Assembly (NCBI GenBank): GCA_050084515.1
Contig: CM114271.1
Location: 33,666,001-33,730,000, forward strand
From: Blasia pusilla
Taxonomy: Eukaryota
Length of the DNA stretch: 64,000 nucleotides
Direction: 5' to 3'
A program made the position numbers and the translations under genes. Shown here piece by piece: positions 1 to 14,156 of the stretch (its first letter is position 1; each line of letters opens with the position of its first letter). The notes beneath the pieces were generated by a model. That model did not search any database and had not been told where the DNA came from. It worked only from the letters and a program-made list of their open reading frames with translations.

Positions 1-3000
1 GTAGAGCTTGTGCATGCGTTTACACAAATCAAATGAGATTTCTCTGAATGGATGACAATTTAGTACAACTGCTGCAAACGAAACGGAAAGATATAACAGC
101 ACCGCCGTGGAATATGTACGATGAAATGAACGGGAAATCATCAATGGTCAATCCTATTGAGAAGACTAGTTCTTAGAAGGTGGGATTTAGATCTAATATT
201 GAGGATTCATATGGAAAAACCGCTCACGGCAAGAACATACCTCCGTTGGATTTTTGAAGGCGGATATACACCTGAATCTTCCGTTGGCACGCAGCAATTT
301 TTGCAGTGTGTAACAAACCCTCCGAGAGGAACTGCTCCGGTCAAGCTCCATTCCCTTCTGCATCCACAATTTTCCAAGAACGTAATCTGTCGCTGACGCT
401 CGTATTCATCCAGTCTAGGTATATACCCTATAGATGACGTCAATTGCAAGTATGTGGGAATTTCCAAGCGGGTGGTCCAAATTCTCGGAAGTATTTTGTT
501 AGTGATAAACATAGTTTGAGTTGGCGGGTACGAATCACATGGTAAGACGATCGAGACATACAGACCTAGAGCGATCCACAGAGTTCAATAGTGTGCGGTT
601 GGTAAATGTTTACAAGAGTATTTCTGCCGTACTGTTGCAATCTTGAGCACTTTTGACCATATGTGATCATGCACGAGCTGGTGTTGAACTTACCTTGTCA
701 GGTGGTTTGTATGTACAAGTATATGTCTATTTGAGTACACCATGTAGGTGTTGCAATTAAGTGAACATTCGAAAGCTGTCCAGGTCAGTTCAACCTACCC
801 TGTCAATAAAATTCCATGCGACACGTTGTGAACTCAGCAGGCTTTTCCATGCCTTCGATCAGTTTCGCGTAACCGCTTCTTTGTACTACAATCTCTCCTG
901 CACAGAATTTTGCTGGATCGATGAAGCATTGAAATTCAATTCATGTCAGTTGAAAATCCTCGTCTGGAGGTTGTACCTGCGTACGGATCCGTGGATCATG
1001 CTGGACAAGGTGCATGAAGAATGCAAACGTGCAGCAGGCAGCATCCTCGATTTCCTCCAAATATCACGCGACCTTCTCCTCGTGCAAGTTCATTATATGA
1101 TTTAGAGTAATCCAATTTTTATTTTGGTATCCAAATTTCGTAGTTTAGATCTTGCTAAATGTTCTGGGAATATTGTATGAAGCGTATTAAAGCACCTTAA
1201 CTCGAGCTGACACTCAGTGACAAGACTCACAAGAGTTGCAAGCTAGCTCAATTATTGTTGGTCGTGACTAAACTAGTTTGCAACCAAGAGAACAGAAGGA
1301 TCACATTTTGTCTCGGTGGACTAGCGAATTAAATGCTATGTGTTGTTGACAGCTCTATGATCTGTCTAAGCAGTGCTTCAAATGTGGGGAAAGAATGTCG
1401 AGGTAGCTATAGCAGTACCGATGGATATTGACTATGTAAGTCTCATGGCCGAGTTTTACAGTTGAACGAGTTCTCTAGTAATTATACCTCGAAACATCTG
1501 CGGCCCCTATTACTTAACTGAATCTGATCATCTGCAGCGTGGTTATTCGGAACTCAGATCTCAAGGACTCTTAACTTTCCGGAAAAATTAAACCTTGTCA
1601 TGAAGAAGAGGGATTGAATCTTGATGACTGATCGATTTGGGTTTTTCTTTGCAACGTGGCCATGGATGATTCCCTCTAAATTCGAAGGATCACGGTGGTC
1701 TTCACGATCTAAACTATGAAAGTAAATGGCGTCCTGTGCAAAATACACAATACCAGATCTGCAAGGATCGACACTGATTCTCCTCTATCCTTCAAGAACT
1801 CTCTTGCGTCTACAGAAATCTCCATTTCATCATTAGTTCGAGTGACGAGGTTGTGGTTCGCAGGTACTACGAGGTATAGACCTCGAGGTCATTGGTAATC
1901 AATAAACGTCTACCAAACTTTAGGCGTGCGAATTTCAGTTGCCATGAGGACCATCGATACATTTCCTGGAACCAATTCACAGTATCGCTTGGTCCATAAA
2001 GATTCGTACGAGAAATTTACGTTTATCAATATTTGTTCAAGCTCGAATAGCATAGTATAGCATAATATGTAAACTCGAGTTTCTGGAGTGAAGCGAATGG
2101 AGCAAGACTAAATCGATTCAACTCGACTTGCGAAAGTAGTCTAGCGTCTTCACCTACAACTCTATACTCAGGATGCAATCGTGAGGTTTGATTGAAATTT
2201 CAATGGACGTCCACCAACTTCTTTAAATAACAGTACGCACTGTACACAGATAGCTAGTCCTCACGTGTAAAAACCTGAGCTTCTCTACTTATAAAACTAG
2301 ACTATGATACCAATAGTATTGCGGTCTAAGTAGAACTTGCAAACTTGGCCTCTTATTAGGACTTCCAGCTAGCCGTAACCGTAGGGACCATGCATCAATA
2401 GCTTGTTAGTTTGATATGCTCAAAAACTTGAACATTCAATTTGTCAAAGTCACCAGGCAAATTTTTCGTTTGTTGTTGACCAGCGAAGAATGACAAAATT
2501 TTACGGTTTGCTTTTTTATTTGCCAATATCGATCCCATACAGGAAGATCCGCGACTACTTCTCCTATTCCAAGGCGTTTCAAATTCTGAGTGCAAAGTCG
2601 GTAGACTATGCACTCTACTGTTACAGTGAATGGAGATCGGTCTTCAAACAGGTACGAAACGCATGATGACTGAAGTCGCTCGAGCATGCACAGACCTTGG
2701 CGAATGTTGAGTGACTGTTGATGAAACAGTGCTAGTCCATTCAACCGTTTAATCTTCAATCGTCCTCCTCCCGATAGGGAGAACTGTTTGGTGAACGATC
2801 CTGCTTTTTAAGCCCCTGCGTTGGATTTCCGCACTGGTTCTGGTCTAGATAAGCTCCCATGGCCTCCTCAGCTCAGAGTTCAGAGCCTGTTAGATGCTCC
2901 GAATGTTCAGAACTGCCGCAGTTCCGACGATCGATCCCCTTCTCTGATCTTCTTTCTCCTTTTTTCAAGCTCAACTACTACTACTATACATTTGTCCGCC

Positions 3001-4128
3001 ACAGAGTTCTTCGGAAACTAAACGGATCTTGCAGCGTTCAAAAGTTAGGTCTAGTTGCCAAGAGCGATTAATGGCTTACGTACTCACAAGTACTAACTAG
3101 TATATATAATATTAGTGGAGAACTCCTAATAGATAAGTCGTACTATTATTTCGCATTTGGAGCTCTTCCTATTTGCCAAGTGGTTCGGTTGTTACATTTA
3201 ATTTTGTTATATATGGGAAAAAGAGAAAATAAAAAATTAGTGCTATGTTAATTTTTTATCTTAAAATTCTCTTTAGACTTTTTTCATGTCTCCTTATAGT
3301 TTTCCTAAGTTTTCCTCCTATTCATAGTTTTGTAATCCTAAGAGAAATTTCCCTTCATTTTTTTCCAAGTGAACACTCCTACTGAAATTTTCCCAATCTT
3401 CCAAAAAAAATTATTATTATTGTTGTTAAATCAAGCTTGGTTGGACGGGAAATTCAAAATATTTTTTGGGAGAAAACTTAAGTTTTAGAGTCAAAAGAAT
3501 CACTTTTTTAAATGATGAGAGGTAGTATTGTGACAAGACTTTCTCTTCTGTTTTTTGAAAATAAGGGAATTTAAGTTATTTTTTTCATCCTCATAAATAT
3601 TCAGCCCAAAATGTGTGTATATTATTATTGGCATTAGGTTCTTGAATGCTTAACTCCAAAATTGGTAGTTCTCCACTTTTGGGCTTGCCATAAATATCCA
3701 ACTTAATCTTTTTCAAGTTAAGTCAAATTTTCTATCGTCAAACACATTTGGTCATATATATCCAATTGAGAATGTTTTCGTGACTGCAAATCTTTTATCA
3801 AACATAGCCCACCAATATTTTCCCATTGTGTTACGTTATTCTATTTCCATTCATCTAACCTAAATTACAAGTTACTTTGAATTCTTCTTACCATGATCCT
3901 TAACCATTGAAACCAGGGCATGCCTATAAGTTTCCAACTTATCTCCAAAGAGAGAAAAATGGAGTTTTCCAACATAAATTTTCTTGCTAGTTTTGATTGA
4001 AATAATATCTCTTTTCCCTTATCTCGATCAAAAACTGATTTCCCTTATTTTGAAAAACTATTCTCATCCTATCATCATTGTATTTTACTTCCTCATAGTC
4101 TTAAATTATTTTTCCTTCTCAACGAAGC

Positions 4129-4527
4129 CAAGGTTGCACAAAAATAGCCTTGTCCGTCCATAAGACAAATGTGCCAAATGGATGCGTCTTTTGATTCTTT
4201 TTGTCACTAATGAAAGCTCGGAATGTGGAAAGAGGTGCGGGCTTGGATAAGGGGTGTGAGACAAGGACCAAATGGATGTGTGAGCTCGCACTCGCCTATG
4301 TCAAGCCCACATAGGGCCCGCCTAAGGGTCACGTTTGGGCAAGTTTGGGCTCAATATGGGCTAGAAAATGGATGGCAAGAACCGATAGTGGATTGCTAGG
4401 CCCAGGTGGGGGCAAGCCAAGCTCGTGTCTCCGTTGCAAGTGGGGTGGGCTCGTGCCTGATTGGATATGTTCGTCCTAGGGATAGACATAAGTCTGCATA
4501 CACAAACTTTACCTCTATGCAACCTTG
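4129..4527. mobile_element. hAT-like MITE (CAAGGTTGCA...TGCAACCTTG family)
   Basis: Terminal inverted repeats caaggttgca/tgcaaccttg; internal GC-rich gggccc motifs shared with other copies; flanks aacgaagc/aaccaaat are only a 5/8 TSD match. Confidence 0.65.
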
Positions 4528-4798
4528 AACCAAATAGAGAAAATCATGGATGGAAAAGGCAAGGAAAAAGGAAAGTAAGATTTTTTTTTAAATCTCTAAA
4601 GAAATTCTAAAGGAGAAGTAATTTAAATTTGAAAAAAGAATTCGAAATAGCACTTAAAACTAATTTTCTTCATGATCCACATTTCCTTACACACAAATGA
4701 AATGTTCTAAAACATAAAACCCTATCCCCCAACAAAAACATAGATGTTCCCGTTTTTCCCTATTTGGAAAAAGAAGAAAATTTTCCATCGATCCTCTT

Positions 4799-5431
4799 TG
4801 TCGTGCGCATACGCATGGCTACACAACCCTTATTGCTGGTCACATCTACACACCACACAACACGGATCTTCCCTGACAAATAGGTAGATCCACACATAAA
4901 CAAGAAATACTCACGCATATACAACGAGACCCCACAAAAAAATCAGAGTACAAAAAAATACCTCACACGGCCTAAAACTCTACTCATGAATCTACATCGG
5001 AATGTCAAACGACTCGAACCACATCCACCCTCCGCTATGAGGGAATCCAGACGCTAGCACCCTAACTCTTATACACCCACAAACGTCTATGCAAGCGAGG
5101 TACTCTTAAGGCTCAACATGAGAAAGATGGCTTGAGAAAGCCATCTCTCTTACTCTTATACCCTTGGGAGGAGCCAAAAGGTTCTTCCCCCGAAAATAGC
5201 CCTCAGGTAACCTGCGTGCACAGGTTACCAGGTGACCATTGACTCAGTCAACGGGTCATTTGATGGACTAAAACCAAGATAGGGAAATTTCAATAAATGA
5301 TGTTCCCCACACAACAGACCTGATGCCAAGCTCATCCGACATCTTGGGACAAAGTTACACCTGGACAACTCGGTGACTCTCTATGTTGTCTACGCGATAG
5401 AACTCTATCTACGTCAAAATAAGATGTGACA
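4799..5431 (-). mobile_element. Solo terminal unit (A+B) of a subfamily related to the DNMT-Gypsy element
   Basis: Starts tgtcgtgcgcatac and ends aagatgtgaca, like 13223-13846; similar length (633 vs 624 bp); flanked by 4-bp TSD TCTT (4795-4798 / 5432-5435). Confidence 0.8.
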
Positions 5432-6485
5432 TCTTCCCCTTGGTCTCATTGTAAACATGATTTAAGTCTGACCAACCACTAGTATATTTGCCACATACTA
5501 TTAGTTGGTTAGGATTCTTAATGAGCGACATAAGATGGAGCTAAAACATGAATCTTACAAATTTTTTGCAAAATGAAAGAAACTATAAGATTCCTAGTCT
5601 CCATATACTTTGTGTTAATATGAAGAAATTGTGGCATGCAAGGCTTCAGATACCTATCTCAAGGTCATCATATTACTAAAAATACAAGGTTCAACGTACA
5701 CTCACAAAATTTTGATTTCTTTCCTTGAAAAAAAAATCCAAAAACTTGATTAAATTTGGTGGATTTTTTGTGCTTTTTGCTTGGATTAGTTGCCGACGCC
5801 CTAGAAGTTCCCTTTGGCATTCTCCAAAAGATTTTTGTATCTCGCAAAGGCAATCCTCAATGCATGTCCATTGCCATCGATGCCCAACATCGACATGTAA
5901 CCATTGGCGGTTGTGATTTGTCTTCCTCATTCCTAAAAGTTGTTATCGACAGAGTTTGTTGTTTAGCGGCTCCCTACATACTTTGGGTAGAGTGAGATAG
6001 GTAAAGAAATTTATCAATGATATTGTATGTATGCATATATATTTTTTATGGGTTTGTGGTGTGGGCATCTTATATCCACACTTTCGACATCTTACATTAT
6101 CACTCAAGCATGTCTCACGCTTTCTTCAATGATCCTTGTTACTTTGAAACAAGTGATATTATTATTTTTGGACTCGTTATTGAAGGGAAATTAATTGAAT
6201 ATCTATGATATTATTCTCATATAATTCTTAAATGATGGTTGCATATGAGCAATAATCCTAAGAAAATAATTAAGAGGAAATTTGGTATTTTAGTGAGGTA
6301 ACATCAAAGAATCTTTAGATGAGGAAGATGGAATCTAGGAATTTGTAACCCAACCTATTGTCAACGTAGGGAAGGCTAGTGTTGGTAGGAGAAATTAGAA
6401 TGTGAAAAAATCACTAAAACACATAACAAATCTTGAAACTACAAAGTGGTCTAGTCTATTTTTTGATCTTCAATGAAATGTAAAC

Positions 6486-6529
6486 ATGGAGGAAACTTGA
6501 TGTATGAGAATACATCAAGTTTCCTCCAT
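6486..6529. repeat. Perfect 20-bp inverted repeat with GAGA loop
   Basis: atggaggaaacttgatgtat-gaga-atacatcaagtttcctccat. Confidence 0.9.
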
Positions 6530-8389
6530 ATATCGTCATGCAAAGATCAACAATTCCTAATAATGCTACATAAATCACCTATGTAATATTAATATGACTC
6601 TTCCGACGTCTAAGTCAAGAGCATCAATCTAGGCTTCTCCTCATATCAGGATTGTTAAAGATAGTAAGGAATGCTAATGATCTTTCAATGATGGGAGAGA
6701 GAAATCTTATTAGCTTTTGATAATACGTTAACGTTAGGTTGGGAAGGTACCTTTTGCAATGTATTGAAGAAGAGCATTTTAGGAGATGGATGGAGTTTTA
6801 GGATATGCTAGTAGCTCAATTTCTTGACCTGATCACAAGGAAATTCTTTGAAAATTCAGATGTAGAATGGGAACAATATCTGGTTTTATTCCCCAAAAAT
6901 AAGTTTTTGGTTCAATCTAGGTTTTTGTCCAAGGATAATGTGAAACGTATGAGTGAGAATAGCATCCATTTTTTGGAGTGTATTGAAGCATTGGATGGGT
7001 GAATGTGAGACAATATTTTATTGTTGAGGGAGTTGGAGGTGTTGTGTTTAAGTACAAATTCTTGAGGCTAGCACTTGTGCAATGATGGAAGATTCTTTTT
7101 GATATGTTTCAAAGGTGTTCAAGGATTGTAGACATGGGAATGGAGACATAGTTGTGGATTAGGGTCAAGTGAGTCGAAGAGAAAGATGGTGCATGATGCA
7201 TGGTATAGGGAGCACGCATGTATCATTCATTTAGTTGTTGCTTTGCCTATTTTGAGTACTTCTATGGTAACCTTGGTTTTTCCTCTTTGGAATCATGGAA
7301 ATCTCAATTAAGAAGATTAGGCATTTAGATACACTTTCTAATTTGAAACTAAATAAAAATAAATTGGAATGATATAAATGAAAACACCCAAACTACTTTT
7401 AAATCTTTAAGAATTGATAATTATCCAAATAAAAATAGCGAAAACATTCATGAAAAAATCTAAAAGTAAAACTCCTAAAAAAATAGAGGGATTAGAAACA
7501 AATAATCTCTCCATCCCCTTCCCTACTCACACTTAAAACATGGTCAAAAATAAAATTTTTATAACTAGAAATGGTTTAGACTTGAAGTTAAAATAAATAA
7601 TATGATTAGATTAACAAAGATGAAAATTTTAATCATAAGAAATATAAAATGATAACTTTCTATATTTATTATAATCCATGACTTGAGAAATCATACTTAT
7701 CTTAGGTTTCTAGTAATTTTTTTAGTTGAAATTTCCCTACACTAATGTAATGGATGGGTTATCTCTTACATTATTCGTTTTGAAATAAAATTAAAACCCC
7801 TTTAGAAAAGGAGATCTTTATTTTTCATTTTGACCAACAAGATGGTCGTGAGATGAAACTTGGTGTACTTGTTAATGGGGGTGTATTTAAACTCGCTAAA
7901 TTTTTTCAATCAAAATGTAAGTCAAACCAAAGCCCCAAAAATCAAAATATAGCGTTAGACCTGCATAATAAGGACAACGATTTGGACAGAAGTGGTGAAT
8001 TAGATCATTTATGGGTCTCATGACATTTTAAGCTCATGATTTGAAATGAGAATGTAAGGTCGCTATTACTCATGGAATTGTAGAAAATTTGTCAATATCT
8101 CCTTATGCTTGGTGTCTTTGACCTTTCTTGGGTTAAATGTACGTGAAAACCATGTTGGATGTTGGTCTAGGATACAAACAAAGTATATGAGAATGAGAAC
8201 TTAAGTTCACACCTACTTTTTAGCTTGACGACTAGGAATGCACATGCATTGCACAAGTGTCACATTCGGAAAATATTGAGAAATTTTAAGGAGAAGAAAA
8301 CCCAACCAAGCTAGTCGAATACTAATCACAAGTGGTGGAGATAAAATAAGAATTTAAGATGACAAAAACGTGCAAAGAATCCAAAATAT

Positions 8390-8790
8390 GTTAACAGAAC
8401 TTGAGATCACAAGGCATAGTCAAGAGCTCATCTTATCTAAGCTCAAGATCTCATTTGAGTTTCAGCAAATTGGGCCACATTAATTAGAACTTAAGATCAC
8501 ATTTGAGTTGCAACAAATCCAATGTATCAATTAGAATTAATCTAAGCTCAAGATCTCATTTGAGTTTGAGGCCATCAATCTAAGCTCAAGATCTCATGTG
8601 AGTTACAGCAAATTTGGGCACATTAATTAGAACTTAAGATCACATTGCAACAAATCCAATATATCAATTAGAATTAGCCTCACATTTTAGTTGTAGCATA
8701 TTGAGGGCCATCAATCATACTAACAAAAATAAAGATCATATTTAAGTTGCAACGAATTGAGGATCATCAATGAGAGCTTAATATGACATT
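8390..8790. repeat. Degenerate minisatellite
   Basis: Recurrent tctaagctcaagatctcatttgagtt and ttagaacttaagatcacatt units. Confidence 0.75.
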
Positions 8791-8939
8791 TCTCTATGAG
8801 TAATAATACAAGAATATCCCCATAAAATCAGCTCAAAGTTTAGATGAAATTGATCCGGTGTAAATACTTTAATATATTGTCCAATTGATAAGGAAGAAAT
8901 GCTCCTATAGTAACTGGGGCTTGTCTTAAAGAACAATGG

Positions 8940-9065
8940 TGTTCAAAATTGAATTGGAACTTAAGTCCTTAAAGTACAACAAAGGGTCATAATTGAATTG
9001 GAACTTAAGTTTGTGAAGTACAATGGGCCCGGGTCAAAATTGAATTGGAACTTAAGATCCAAGAG
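8940..9065. repeat. Short tandem repeat, about 3 copies of about 50 bp
   Basis: aattgaattggaacttaag recurs three times. Confidence 0.75.
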
Positions 9066-9489
9066 TACACTATGGGGGCGAAGATTGCTCTGATCTATAA
9101 GAGACCGAATCAAACTAACATAAAAAAAAATGGGAGTCAACATCAGCTATGTGAATTCTACTTGAAATGATTTTTTCAAAGATACCTTCACCCTATTAAA
9201 TCCCTTCTGATTTACTTGTTTACAGGCCTTGTCAATGGAGCTCAAATCCACACCCCATTCCTCCTTCTGCTTCTTGACGACTTTAAGGTGATGCTTCTGA
9301 AGGTTATGTTACTTATGTAGCTTGTAGTTATTGGAGTAGGAATGTGTTGTATCAAGACCGCAAATATGTGTCCAATCCTCTTCATCTCTCTACTAGACAC
9401 TCATACTGACGAAGTCAAAATTGGTATCCACACATGAGCGTGAATGTCGTGTAAACACTAACACAAACGCCTGAGAGTAGGAACTCTCA

Positions 9490-10020
9490 AATTTCAACTC
9501 AAGATGACATAGTTGCACAAGATGAAAAATGAAAAGACCTTCTTTTCATTGAAGGTTTAATTGTTCGCGTCCAAAAATGACTTTTGGTAACAACTCCATT
9601 TTACTTGAAATTTTGCAAGGATGCTAGATGCACTATGGGGACCATGTGTGCCAAATATCAGCTCAAGATGACGTACTTGGACAAGATGAAAAAAAAAAAA
9701 AAAATTTCATTGAATGTTGAATGGGTTGGGTCCAAATATGAGTTAGTAATATGTGAGCTTTTGGTCACAAGTCCATTTTGGTTGAAACTTTGCAAGTGAG
9801 CTACATGCACCTTTGGGAACATGTGTACCAAATGTCATTTCAAGATGACATAGTTGCACAAGATGAAAAATGAAAAGATCTTCTTTCCATTAAAGGTTTG
9901 AGGACGCGAGTTCAAAAAATGAGTTAGCAATTTTTGAGCTTTTGGTCACAAATCCATTTTGCAGAAAAATTTTCAAAAGAGCTACATGCACAATGTGGAT
10001 CATGTGTACTAAAATTTTAA
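9490..10020. repeat. Tandem array, about 3 copies of about 170 bp
   Basis: tcaagatgac(a/g)ta(g/c)ttg(c/g)acaagatgaaaaa at about 9500, 9663 and 9840, each followed by similar ttttggt.aca...ccatttt blocks. Confidence 0.8.
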
Positions 10021-13000
10021 AATTATATTTATAATTTAAGATAATATTTAATTTCAAGATTTAAGTATAATTTCTGCTTTTTAAAATCTTAAAAAGAATA
10101 AAAAAATATTCTAAATAAGATCCATCTCCCCTAAATAATTTCACTATTCCACAAAACGTTCAAATAATAACTATTCTTCCTCTTCCACTCTTCCAACCAA
10201 AATAAAATTCATTAACTAAATTCTTAATTAATTTTAATTAAAAAAAATCATTTGCCTCTTTCCATTCAAATTCATTTTCCTTTCCCAAAATATCAGATGT
10301 GAATTAATACACTTATTTAAAAAAATCTAATTATTCATTTCAAATTTTAAATATAATTTATATTTTCTAAAATCCTACAAGTGTAACTACATTTCACTCT
10401 TCTCAGTAATTACACTCCTCGATTCAAATTTAAATGATATCCTAGTCCCATAAGTAATTTTATCCTTCCATAAAATTCAAACAAAATCTATTCCTTCTCC
10501 ATGAAAATTTAATTTTCCTTTCCATTAAGTATGAATCAAGGCACAACTTATTTATTTATTTTATTTATCACAAATTTTCTAGTTCAGTAATATTTATATT
10601 CATCTATTATAATATTAAATAATTAATTAAATGATAAGTAAATTTTGATTTCTATTCCAGTTAAAATATGTTGCCTATTTTGTCCTATTATGTCAGTATC
10701 TCATCGTATTATAGATATGGGGTTTCCAATTATCATATACATTTACAAAATATGAAATAATTTTTTTTTGAAAATATGAATTCATAATTTTCAAATAATT
10801 TTTAATATTGTAATGATTAAATCATTCCCCTGGTTCTACTTTTCACTTTAATATAGGCCCATTGGGAAAAATTTCAAAATACACTTCTTGGATATTTATT
10901 ATTTTTTATAAAATAATTAATAAGAACTCCATATATCAGGTATAAGTAAAAATATTTTTAAAATATGTACTTTTTTTAAATAAAATAAATAAATTTATAT
11001 CGAATAAACCTTTCAATCATCATACCTTCTACCTTACCCAAGGACTTATAACCCTAGAGATTTTGATGATGGTTTAGCACAAGTTATTGAGTTGGGTTGA
11101 GGGCGTCCCTAACTTCCATGGATTCAACCCCGAGCAAAGAAGAAGTTTTCAGACTCTCGATTTTGGAGATCTATGGCTATTCCATGGATGAGGTCTCCTC
11201 GATCGTACATGTCAATGATGTGGACCAGCCACGCTTGCATAGCCCGATCAATCCTCTTATGACAAGGGATTTCTGCGTGAAGCACCCATCTATGTTCACT
11301 TTAGGGTTAAAGTTTGATCGGAGGCTACGATGTCCCAAACTGAAAGTGAAATTGTCTTGCTCTTGGGTTTTCTTGCAATACGTAGGTGGTGCATTACTAT
11401 CAGGACCGTGGAAAGATATGCCGAAAAGGTCATAGAGTCTTCTGACCAAGCTTATCTACAAGTTGGACACTTTTGAGATAGTAGCATGGCCTTTTGAAGA
11501 CAATATGGATGCCAATAACAAGCTTTACATGTGCGTGTCACGTAGCAAATCATGCATTTGGGACAGTTGTTTGCCACGAGGGGCCCTCCTTTAGTCTTTT
11601 AAATTTATTAATATATCATGAATAGATTCTTGTATACCTGTTATTGTAGAATATTCATGTTATTGGGATTGCCTTCATCCAATCCGAAAGATCTTGCACT
11701 TGTGTGCTCTGATTGAGAGGTGTTGGGGCCAACATCAAAGAGGCATGATACACAACTACTTGATATGTTGAAATAAGATCATATCAACCTCCTTCACGAG
11801 ACGACCCTCAAGTAGAGTCGTCTCGGGGGTGAGTTCTCCCACGTTACCCTTTGCTCTCCATCGTAGCAGTTCATCCACCTCTTGCTCTCGTCTTCCCATG
11901 ATGTGTTGATATGCCTTCCTCCATTGCTCAGTGTGGTCAACCATTATAGCACTTTGCCTTCTATGGAGGTCATCTCTAGCAATAGATTCATTCACAAGCC
12001 TCTCTATCTCTCTCTTAGTTTGTCGTGCTCCTTAGATAGTTGTTCATAATTCCCCTTCAAAACGTTGAATTCCGCAGCCAAATCAAAATTGCGTTGGGAA
12101 TTTGTTATTCAACTCTCCAACTGTTATTCGCTATTATTTGGAGCACTCTCCCCACGAAACGTTCGAGGAAGAGCACCGCTATTTACAAGGCGATAAGAAC
12201 TCTCCCTGGGTCCATCTAAGCTCATATTATGACCTACATTGAGGTTATTCAAAACATCTCATCTATCCTTCGTTCCCATCTGCACTCGCCCTTCATCTCC
12301 ACTCTTGTCATGTATCTCTTCTTCAAGAGGGTGATTTGTTTTGTGTCCATCAAAGGAAGATAGTATGCCTCTAAGGCTTCTTGACAATCCACCTTGCTGA
12401 TAATGGCCTCATGACGATCATGGTGATGAAGCTTCCCCTCTTGGTCGTTTAGACTTTGGTGGTGGGATTATACTATCTTCTTATCTGGGTCTCTTATCTC
12501 TTCTCGAAGACCCCTCATCTACATCGCCATACTAAACCTCCATATCCTTCCTCAACTCCGCGACTTTGAGCTAAAAAAATACCTTGCTCACTAACTTCCT
12601 ATTTCTCTTGGGGTGGGGGGGGGGATCTTCATAATTTGGGACCATTGAATAAAGCCCAATCTTTTGTCCACTCATCTTCTTCCACTTTCATTGCAAATTC
12701 TCCAATCGTATGCTCTAGCCACTTCAACCGCGACTTCTTGAACTCTCCTTTTAGAACTTGTGGATCAATGGCGCTATCTAAGTGCGCCTTTACTTTATTT
12801 TCTGTGATGAATTGTGAGACCATCTTCTTGTCTCCATGTATCAAGGGGTTCTTCCTCTCTTTCGTCATCCTCATTGTCGTGAGGACGACGATCTTCATGA
12901 GATGGCAACTCTATTTTTTCTTTTATCAAAATATAAAAAGAAAGGATCATTTAGAAATGATTCTAGTAATAGTGACACGATGACACAAGATACATCTATG

Positions 13001-13222
13001 GATCAACCAAGCTTCATCATTTACAAAAATTCAAAATAACACATTCATCTTTTTCAATCAAGTCTTCCATTTCTCATGAAAAATATCCAATACTCAAACG
13101 GATTTACAATCACACTACCACAGTTACTGGCCTTAATCGCAAATATACATCATGTACATCTAATATTTTCGCATTTGCTATGATATATGCAATAAGATAC
13201 TCTAGGCTTTTACGATCAGAGA

Positions 13223-13350
13223 TGTCGTGCGCATACACATCGCTACACAACATACATTGCTATCACCAAACACACACACAAAAATGCACAATCCCATGCT
13301 AACTCATGGCATCCAAACAACGAGACGAGAAGTATCAAAATATCTCCAAT
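13223..13350 (-). repeat. Terminal repeat B2 (element 3' end)
   Basis: Near-identical to 13849-13976 (catacacatcgctacacaac...cccatgctaactcatgg...aaaatatctccaat). Confidence 0.9.
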
Positions 13351-13846
13351 TAAAATAAGGTCAAATCTCTCTCATAACACCATAACTCTCACATGTGTGC
13401 ACTCTCACATGTCTCTCTCAATGTCAAACCAAACCCACTCTTCTAATGAGAGGCTTGGGTTACACTCACAAGGCAAGGGATCATAGCTCCGCCGCCTCGT
13501 GCCAAGAGGTTCAACAAAGAGAGAATGAGCTTGCAAGCTCTCTCTCCTTGAGGTATACCCCTCCCCTCTCCCAAGCTCTCTCCATGGTAACCTATGCTTT
13601 CAAGTCATCTTCGTGGCTCTTGACCTGATGTAGGAGGTCAAGGGCCACTTCCCAAAATAGAAAGTCAACATATACTTAAAATGGTACTTACCTAAAATAG
13701 CAAGTTTCTCAATATGGCTCCAAATGAGCCGAAACGAAGGATCTCCCGGGGCATCAACAGGTCATCCTCGACCTCCTGAGCATGTCCTCCACTACTCACG
13801 AAGGCGCTCTACTAGATCTTACCGATCTATCCTAAAAGATGTGACA
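13351..13846 (-). repeat. Repeat A2
   Basis: Colinear with 23700-24202 and with the reverse complement of 54007-54526; on the element strand it starts TGTCAC. Confidence 0.9.
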
Positions 13847-13848
13847 AT

Positions 13849-13976
13849 TATCGTGCACATACACATCGCTACACAACATTCATCGTTGTTATCGAACACA
13901 CACACAAACACACACGATCCCATGCTAACTCATGGAACCCAAACAGCGAGATGAGAAGTACCAAAATATCTCCAAT
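13849..13976 (-). repeat. Repeat B1, preceded by a polypurine tract
   Basis: Copy of B2; the element strand reads ctAGGGGGGcg (13977-13988) directly upstream; joined to A2 by the dinucleotide AT. Confidence 0.88.
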
Positions 13977-14156
13977 CGCCCCCCTAGCTGGTGGTTAGGT
14001 CCCTCTAACTCCAGATAGCCATCTATCCCTACCTACCATGACATACATCTCTCGGACGCTAAGAGCAAAAAGGCAGGGTGCTCATGTGGCCCCATTGTTA
14101 GTCGCCTTCTTATCATCCATGTCACAAACACAAGTGGGAATCTAGAACTACCTACT

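Noticed and set aside
1-3100. Possible spliced gene or pseudogene on the minus strand (short ORFs, a GT-AG intron candidate at about 900-977)
   Set aside because: No recognisable domain, and no consistent open exon chain could be built by eye.
13395-13954. Short ORFs in repeat A/B (also 23793-23978 and 54234-54434)
   Set aside because: Chance ORFs in non-coding terminal repeats; their similarity only reflects repeat homology.
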